Below are positions 54,965-64,000 of a stretch of 64,000 nt of DNA, in pieces. The stretch's first letter is position 1. Every line of letters starts with the position of its first letter. Made by a program: the position numbers and the translations under genes. A model generated the notes under the pieces. That model had not been told where the DNA came from. It saw only the letters and a list, made by a program, of their open reading frames with translations, and made no database searches. Origin of the DNA: Mobula hypostoma (taxonomy: Eukaryota); the NCBI RefSeq assembly GCF_963921235.1, contig NC_086108.1:100690001-100754000 (forward strand), given 5' to 3'.

Positions 54965-55119
54965 CCATTATTTATTTATATAACCCCACCTCCCCCTCGT
55001 ACCCCATCCATTATTTATTTATATAACCCCACCCCACCCCCGTACTCCATCTGTTACTTATTTATATAACGCTAATGCCCCACCTCCCCCTCGTACCCCA
55101 TCCGTTATTTATTTATATA
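54965..55119 (+). repeat. About 3.4 copies of a 43-bp unit at the PLE inversion junction
   Basis: CCCCACCTCCCCCTCGTACCCCATCC(A/G)TTATTTATTTATATA at 54984, 55027 and 55078, partial at 54965. Confidence 0.85.
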
Positions 55120-55368
55120 CACACGTTCTTTCTCTCTCTCTCCTTTTTCTCCCTCTGTCCCTCTGACTATACCCCTTGCCCATCCTCTGGGTTTCCCCCC
55201 CCCTTTTCCTTCTCCCTGAGCCTCCTGTCCCATGATCCTCTCATATCCCTTTTGCCAATCACCTGTCCAGCTCTTGGCTCCATCCCTCCCCCTCCTGTCT
55301 TCTCCTATCATTTTGGATCTCCCCCTCCCCCTCCCACTTTCAAATCTCTTACTACTCTTCCTTCAGTT

Positions 55369-55404
55369 AGTCCTGACGAAGGGTCTCGGCCTGAAACGTC
55401 GACT
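55369..55404 (+). ncRNA. Minimal type I hammerhead ribozyme motif
   Basis: AGUC-CUGACGA-A-GGGU(CUCG)GCCU-GAAA-CGUC-GACU: stem I AGUC/GACU, conserved core, stem II, palindromic ACGU stem III; predicted cleavage after C55400. Confidence 0.8.
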
Positions 55405-56089
55405 GTAACTCTTCCTAGAGATGCTGCCTGGCCTGCTGCGTTCACCAGCAACTTTGATGTGTGTTGCTTAAATTTCCAGCATCTGCAGAATTCCTCGTCT
55501 TTGAGGAAGAGGGAAATCCTGGTTGGGGAAAAAGGGGAGGGAGTGGGAACATTCTGTAATGTTCAATTAACCATTGTTTAGAATCAACTGATCTTGCCTG
55601 GTGTCTCAGGGCTGAGTGTGTATGCATCTGCAGCACCCTCCCCCCATCTCCACCAGCACTCTGCCACCTGTCCCACACCCCTCCCTGCAGCACTCCACCC
55701 TTGCCATTCACAACATCCTTTGCTGCTGCCAGACTTACAAACTTGCTGTCTGCTCCACATTGACAAATACAGTACTGTGCAAAAGTCTCAGGCACCCTAG
55801 CTATATGTACCTAAGAATTTTACACATTACTGTACAAATATTCTACTGGTGCCTTTGAAATTATATTATACTCTGTGTGAATTTGGCAGTAAAAGAAAGC
55901 TTTATAAAAAGTCAGGTGGAGAATTATAAAATTAGGGTTGGGTCATGTTCCTCCTTTGCCACTAAGAAGTTGAGTGTTAGTTCCAGTACATTGAGAAGAT
56001 GTTATATTAAAGAGATATATTTCTTATATTAAAGAGAAAAACTATCCTGTGGTCAACTGTGTTGATTTTATACCAGTGATTTCTACAAA

Positions 56090-57345
56090 GATGGGTGGAG
56101 GGGCAGGTAATATTGAGAAAGCAGGGAGTGTATGAAAGGATATAGACAGATTAGGTAAATGGGCAAAGAAATGGCAGATGGAATATAGTGTTGTGTAGTG
56201 GATGGTCATGCAAAATTTCAGAGATTGGAGAAAGGGACATGGGAGTCCTCTGCAGGATTTCCTGAAGGTTAAATTGCAATTTCAGTCATTGGTAAAGAAG
56301 TTTTGCACTAGACTGAATAATTGTTATTTTCTTTGTAGTTTACCTTTTTTAAGCTTGTTTTTATTTTTATATAGTTACCTATTTGTATGTAATTGTTTAG
56401 TGTGTTTTTCAATGGCTGCAATTCCTCTGTATTTTTTCTGGAAGTTTCACAGTTTCAGTGGCAGGTATCACATTACTTGAATGGGGGCTATCTTACTGAT
56501 TGATTCAAGCAATGGAATTTATTGCTATTAGCAAATCGGTACAAGAAGACCAGGCCACCTTGTTTTATTGCACCTTCAGCTTCCTCTCACTACTCAGCTC
56601 TGCTTTTGCTATTTACCTTTCCTAATTCCTTTGTTTTTTTAATACTTAATAAAAATGGATGCAAGGAACAAGTTGTATGCCTCATTTTTGACTTCTGAAG
56701 AACCTTGAATCAAAAACATTACAATCCAACAGAAGGCAAATGTAATGTTAGGCAAAGATAAAATGCTATGGCTGTATAAAGCATTGGTCAGACCACACTT
56801 GGAGTATTGTGAGCAGTTTTTGGCCTGTTATCTAAGAAAAGATATGCTGGCATTGGAGAGGGTCCAGAGGAGGTTCATGAGAATGATTCAGGGAATGAAA
56901 GGGTTAATGTAATCAGGTCATGTGATGTCTCCGGGCCTGTACTTGTGGAGTTTAGAAGACTGAGGGGCAGTTTTATTCAAACCTGTTGAATATTGAAAGC
57001 ATAGATGTGGATGCGGAAAGGATGTTTCCTATTGCGGAGTTTCTGGGATCAGAAGGCACAGTCTCTAAATACATGGATGTCCCTTTACAACAGAAATGAG
57101 AAGGGATTTCTTTAACCAGAGAGTGGTGAATCTGTGGAATTCATTGCCACAGACAGATGTGGAGGCTGAGTCATTGGATATATTTAAAGCATTGGTAATA
57201 GGTTCTCATTTAGTCAGAGCGTTATAGGTTATGGGGAGAAGACAGAAGAATGAGGTTGAGAGGGATAATAAATTGGCATGGAATGGTGGAGCGGACTTGA
57301 TGGGCCGAATGACCTAATTCTACTCCCATGTCTTAATGTCTTAAA
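56090..57345 (+). mobile_element. Decayed CR1 3' fragment, interrupted at about 56300-56735
   Basis: Nucleotide similarity to 22500-23390 (CCACACTTGGAGTATTGTGAGCAG, 3'UTR). Confidence 0.8.
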
Positions 57346-59791
57346 TACTCTTGTGACTGGCATGACAGCAATATGAAGTATATGCAAAGCAATTTTGCAA
57401 AATCAGAAAGAAGCTAAAATTAAGCTGTTCTCGTGCCAAACATAGTGACGCCTATTTAAATGCAGTTTATGTTTTGATTTCCGTCACTTAATACCTTAAA
57501 TTTTTTTTAGTTTTAAGGGATAAAGGCTGAAACTATTTGTATTCACAAAGTGTCGTATTATAGCATTTGGTCAGTAACACTTCAGCAAATAAAAACTTAG
57601 TACGTAGTACATAGCAGTGTAAAAAAAATTGATACAGATGGCCCGAGCTTGGTCAAGAACTGTGTTTGAAGGAGAATCTTGAGCAGGCTGGTTTACAGAG
57701 GGAATTCCCAGAATTTAATGAAGATTTTAAAAAATGGCAGAAGTTGGAAGTCTGAAATAAAAACAGAAAATGCTGGAAACATTCAGCAGGTCAGACAGAA
57801 TCTGTGGAAAGAGAAATTGACTAGATATTTCAACTAGAAGACCCTTCATCAAAACCTAAGGCTTTGGCAGCTGAGGTCATGTTTAAAAGTGATGAAGCAA
57901 TTAAATGTGGAGAGGTTGAAGTATGCCAAATTCAAGGTGAAGACCTCCAAGGCTTTTGTGGCTGGGAAAAAAATAATATGGTAAAAGGAGCAAATCCTCT
58001 GGAGAACTTGAAAATCAAAATCAGAATTGTCAAACTGAGACATTGCTCAAAGAGTCTGCATAGCCCATTGGACACATTGAAGGATAGAAAGAAAGTAAAT
58101 AAATGATTGAATAAATCAAAGCAATTTTCAATTACAGGCTTGTGTCATTGACCTGCCACACCATTAGCAGTAAATGACCAACAGCTATTATTTGAAAAGT
58201 TCTCATTCTTTTCAAGGAAAAAAGAAATCCCACAAATACAGAATATCTTCCTTAACTTCTGGTTATCAGCAAATGTATTGGATCCACTGAAATAGTTGTG
58301 TTCCCAGTATTATGTATTTTCACATAAAGTTTATTTTTTTTAAATATGTTAATGATCATAGAACAAATTCAAATTTCAGTAATCTCTGTTGAATTATTCT
58401 CATATCCTAATGTTAAAAATTCTCTATATACAAGCACGGAAAGAGCAACTTGATGTGCTCAGGGTTTTTAAATAGCAATATGAAGCAAATGTGATTTATT
58501 GGTACAAGGAAAACTAAGGACAGTGCAAAAACCAAACTGTGCCAAGTTGTCTTATCTTAGCATTCTTGTTTTAATTTGTCTGCATATGTAGAACTTCGAT
58601 GGATTAAAAAATGTCAAGCTATTCACCAGATATGTGCTGTAAAATATATTGAAAGTGGACTTTTTATGCAGCACAGGGACAAAATGCAATATATATTCAT
58701 GTGGTGATAGAGTGCCATTGAAGGACCTTATTTTTATCTTCAATAGTTTGGGTCTGTTATTGCCAATCCAGGATTCTGAGAATATTATAACTTTGTGCTT
58801 GGCTGAATATTATTTTGATTTGAAGATTGAAAGTATCTCCTTTTTATGTATTGAAAGTCTAAGCGTGAAGTACTAGCTGTAAGAGTAACACTGTTCCATG
58901 ATTCATTTGCTGCCTAAGAAAAGCCAATCTTGTGTTGGATTCTGATGATTTTGATCCAAGGTTCTCTCAGAAGCCAGGAAAGAGGCACAAAACCTGTTGC
59001 TTCACAATTGTTTTATTAAGAGTTGATAGAACAAAAAAAGTTGGAACAGTGACAGAGTTCTACTAAACAGAGAGAGTGACAAAGGAATTAAGATAGTGCC
59101 TTGTATAGAACAGCTATTATTATTTGACAGAGGTAAGAAAAATCCCATTTTAAATTTATGTATAAGAATTAACCAATTAGAAAGCTATTCAAATACAGAA
59201 GTATCAAGTTAACAAATGGGAAAGCACTTATTCAAATAATACAGAACAAAAGATATTCCAGAGCTTTCCGGAATTATACTTCGTACAGCTACTAAAGGCA
59301 TATTGAACTGTTATATGTATATATGAACTACGTAAAATACAAGCAAATACACTTGTAGGGTTCAAAGGATGCTCTGCTGCTTTTTTCAATAATTAAGAAT
59401 GAAAATTGCCATTTGGCAATTCTCTTCATTCATTCAAAAACAATCAGGGTGATTGTCAATGATGGTGGACAAAGTGTCAACTGCCCTGTGCTGGATGTTA
59501 TAGTATTTATGTTACTGCATACTATTAAAGTAGGAAACATTCCATAATCATTTGCTATGTTGCAATAAGAGTATTTTGGCCATTACTGGGTGATCCATAC
59601 GTTGCAGGATTCCAAACCCCAGTCAGGCTCTGGTAGCCTCAGCACTCGAGTGACAGCGACCATGTGAATGTCTCAAATTGACAGCGTTAATGCCCTTGAT
59701 TGTTGACCACTTTATTTTTAAATGGTCAATTATCGACCAGAACTGGAATATTTTCTAGGCTTGGTTGAAGAAGTGTAATTCATAACACATA

Positions 59792-61045
<1,254 letters not shown>

Positions 61046-61220
61046 TACCAGTGATCACATCATGTTGATCAGTTGGAAAAAATAGATTTACTATGTGTCT
61101 TTCAATTATATCACTTTAATTCAAGTCTGGAATCTAGTCTGTTTATTTTTGGGTCTGAAATCTACTTTGTTTGCTTTCATAATACTCATTCATTTCCTGT
61201 TGACTGATCATATCATTAGT

Positions 61221-61356
61221 TACAAACACAAGGGGTTCTGCTGATGTTGGAAATCCAGAGTAACACACAAAATGCTGGCAGAACTCAGCAGGTGAGGCAG
61301 CATCTATGGAGAGGTATAAATAGTCAATTTTTCAGGACAAGACCCTTCAATGGAAC
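61221..61356 (-). mobile_element. Short PLE-tail-derived insertion with degenerate hammerhead
   Basis: Same family as 43003-43135; flanked by TATCATTAGT / TATCATTAAT. An older copy lies at about 57760-57855. Confidence 0.7.
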
Positions 61357-61385
61357 TATCATTAATCATTGTTTTCTGATTTCAG

Positions 61386-61553
61386 ATAGCTACAAGTAGT
61401 GCAAGTCTATCATCTGAAGCCTGCCGAGAACTTGGCTTTTCCAGTAACTTACTCTGCAGTTCTTGTGAACTCCTTGGTCAATTTGGGCTGAACCAACTAG
61501 ATCCAGACTGCAGACAATGCTGTCAAGAGGAAGCCCAGCTGGAGCAGAAGAAG
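61386..61553 (+). CDS. SELENOF: Selenoprotein F coding exon 2, Cys-rich (UGGT-binding) domain
   Basis: Acceptor TTTCAG|; 168 nt translating IATSSASLSSEACRELGFSSNLLCSSCELLGQFGLNQLDPDCRQCCQEEAQLEQKK, the Sep15 signature; donor AAG|GT. The ORF track misses it because it has no ATG. Confidence 0.96.
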
Positions 61554-61930
61554 GTGCCAATTCTTCTTTATTTAAGATCAAGTACACAAGTAATTCTCTG
61601 TCAAGCTCAGTAGGATTTTCAACTTTCAGATTCTCTGTTGGCATTTTCAACTTTCAGATTCTACTTTCAGTAGAATTAGTATCTTTTAAGTGATTTGTGA
61701 TGTACTGTATTTTGCAAACCATTGTGAAAGTGCGCTGATTACATAGGCATGTTTTGTTTTAAATTAGTGAAACATTCACAAGGTCTTCACAAGTTTTATT
61801 TATACTGAGCCATTTTAATTAATGGATATTTAATTAAGATTTTTTTGGTATTGCATCATTTTTATTTTTACATTGTTACTTTAGACAGTAAAAATTGCTA
61901 CTTTTCTTGCAGTCAAATAGGTGGTTTGTT

Positions 61931-63297
61931 CTTCTTCATGTGCCTTGCGCGTTACACGCTTGGGCGATCATGGCTCTCCACATCGAACGATCCCTCGCAG
62001 CATCAATGATATCTCGCACACTTGGATCTGTTAGTTCTTTACAGTGTCCATATATTTTCTTCTTTGCCTTCCTGTACTGTGTTTCCCAGGCATATGTCCT
62101 TGTAATGTAAGGCATTCTATTTCTCCCTTTCTGATGACATGGCCCAGGAATTTAAGTTTCCTCTCATTTAATATTCTCATTAAAGATCTTTTTGTATGGG
62201 CACGTTGAAGTACTGTCTCATTAGATACCCTATCTCTATATGATATTTTCAGCATTCTTCTAAGAAACCACATCTCTGTTGCTTCTAAGTTTCTTGTTCT
62301 GGTGTTATAGTCCATGTTTCGGAAGCATACAGCAAGATTGACCAGATGTAGCATTTTAGTAGCCTAAGCCTTGTTGTCATAGAAATGTGTCTGTTGGTAA
62401 AAATGGGTTTTATTTTTTGGAAGTTGGTTTTGGCAATGGCAATTCTTCTTTTTATTTCTACTTTACTTCTAGCATCTTGTGATTAAAAAAAATACCAAGG
62501 TAATTAAAGCTGGTCTTTTGTTCAATCTCTTGGTTACCGATGTACAATTGGCAGTTGGGAGTATCCTACTGTTTTGATATTACCATACATTTTGTGTTTT
62601 TACAGTTGATGGTTAGACCAAAATCTGTACTTGTTTCTACCACTTTGTCTAGGAGGATTTGTAGGTCTTCTGCAGCACTTGCTATTAAGGTGGTATCGTC
62701 TGCATATCTTATATTGTTGATGTTAACACCTCCAATTTTTATCCCATCTAGGTCTTCTATTTCTCTCAGAATCATTTCACTATAGATATTAAATAATTCC
62801 GGTGAGGCAACACATCCCTGTCTAACTCCTCTTTGAATTTTAGTCCAACTGCTTATATTATCATCAAGTTTTACCGCCGCCATTTGATTCCAATATAAAT
62901 TTTGTAGCATTTGTTGATCCCTTCCGTCTGTTTAGTTTAGCGAGAATTTGAAATATTTGAATACTTAAGCAACAATTCAAAACAGCTGTATAAGAACACC
63001 TCATCAAAAACAAAACAACACCTATTTGGGACAGATTTAAATATGCCATACAGCAATCAGCAGAGAAGGTAATCCCAGTACGAGAAACCCAACACACCAA
63101 CAAGGGGTGGATAACCCAAGAAATTTTAGATCTGTTGGAACAAAGAAGGTTAGTGAAGAATAATGAAGTGCAATACAGAGAGCTAGACAGACAGACCAGA
63201 CAATTGCGCAATATTGCAAAGGAAGAATGGCTGAATCAAAGATGCAATGAAGTAGAAGGCCATATTAACAGCAGCAAGGAAATGCACAAGAAAATTA
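61931..63297 (-). mobile_element. RTE-clade LINE with inverted 5' segment
   Basis: Minus arm to about 62925: RGVRQGCVASPELFNIYSE, RYADD, EATEMWFLRRML, (GAA)n tail. Plus arm: KGWITQEILDLLEQRR...AKEEWLNQRC. Exact 12-bp TSD AGGTGGTTTGTT. Confidence 0.9.
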
Positions 63298-63368
63298 AGG
63301 TGGTTTGTTAGTGATATTATGTTCTATAAAGACATTTGGACAATTACATGCCTAGCGAAGGTTTAGAG

Positions 63369-63487
63369 TAGGGATTCCCAACCTGGGGTCCATGGACCCT
63401 TTGGTTAATGGTATTGATCCATGTCACAGACAAGGTTGAATTGAATTGACTTTATTACTTACATCCTTCATATACATAAATCCCCTG
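63369..63487. mobile_element. hAT MITE (family of 41509-41588) with a ~40-bp nested insert
   Basis: Exact 8-bp TSD GTTTAGAG (63361-63368, 63488-63495); TAGGGATTCCCAAC ... ATCCCCTG. Confidence 0.8.
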
Positions 63488-64000
63488 GTTTAGAGGGGCA
63501 TGGGCTAGTTGCAGGCAAATAAGACTAGCTTGGTTAGACATATTGTTCAGCATGGAAACATGCTCGACTGTAACAGTCTTGTGGAAAATGTATCAGACAA
63601 TAGAGGTGGAGAGGGTGGAAAATGTGCGAGTGGCAATGTGAAGCATTCATCATGCAGAGTTTAACATTAGCACTCTGGGATGGTAATGAAACTGGTTTGC
63701 TATTAGATGGAATTAAACACAAGGCCACAACCGAGGAATCATTCAAAGTCCCTACATCCTACAGGTGCTGACTACCTCTTGATAAGCTCTCCCATCTTTG
63801 ACTCTGTGCTGTGTGGGCCAGAGATTGTTTTGACATCGCTGAAGAACTTGCGTATGTTGTGGTTAACTGCAAGTTGGAGACCTTCTCCATATTCTCCACC
63901 CTCATCTGTTCTTTAAATCACACCCTTTTTGTCAGACTTTGGCCTTCATGAGGTATAGGAGCAGCATTAGCACTTTCAGCCCATTGAAACAACTTTCATT

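Larger units (their letters stand above)
54360..55503. mobile_element. Young PLE insertion with inverted pLTRs
   Basis: Exact 13-bp TSD AGGAAGAGGGAAA (54347-54359, 55504-55516). Minus arm 54360-54962 encodes the GIY-YIG C-terminus (FAEHLRSV...PVATHFN...RLEEQHLIFRLGSLQPDGMNIDFSNFR*) then the pLTR; plus arm 55070-55503 is the inverted pLTR. Confidence 0.9.

Noticed and set aside
54965..55119. CRISPR-like repeat array
   Set aside because: Units are contiguous with no unique spacers; eukaryotic context and no cas genes.
54212..55581. Pro/Ser-rich ORFs containing PDEGSRPETSTV
   Set aside because: Translations of the non-coding pLTR and hammerhead sequence.
61390..61650. 86-aa minus-strand ORF
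   Set aside because: Antisense shadow of SELENOF exon 2.
61554..64000. SELENOF exon 3 (EVCG-UGA-KLG) and SECIS
   Set aside because: No matching sequence found; the region is RTE, MITE and other repeats.

Overview
Vertebrate genomic DNA. The repeat landscape (CR1, RTE, Rex1/Babar, Penelope-like elements, V-SINEs, Tc1, hAT) suggests a cartilaginous fish, which is an inference. Two host genes are transcribed head-to-head from a CpG-rich promoter at about 49.6-50.4 kb. HS2ST1 is on the minus strand with only coding exon 1 present (49467-49590), so positions 1-49466 read as its intron 1. SELENOF/SEP15 is on the plus strand with exon 1 (50330-50377) and exon 2 (61386-61553); its Sec-codon exon and SECIS are not in the window. 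The rest is intronic and full of decayed, often nested transposons. The most interesting non-gene signals are four. (1) A family of Penelope-derived elements carries minimal hammerhead-ribozyme motifs and repeatedly inserts as inverted head-to-head units with 13-14 bp target-site duplications. (2) A Tc1 element closely resembles the salmonid Sleeping Beauty transposon and has a templated inverted filler at its deletion junction. (3) An RTE LINE has a 5' inversion inside an exact 12-bp TSD. (4) A chimeric Tc1/unique/CR1 unit is duplicated in inverted orientation. No prokaryotic-type systems were seen. All similarity judgements are by eye or from memory, not from searches.
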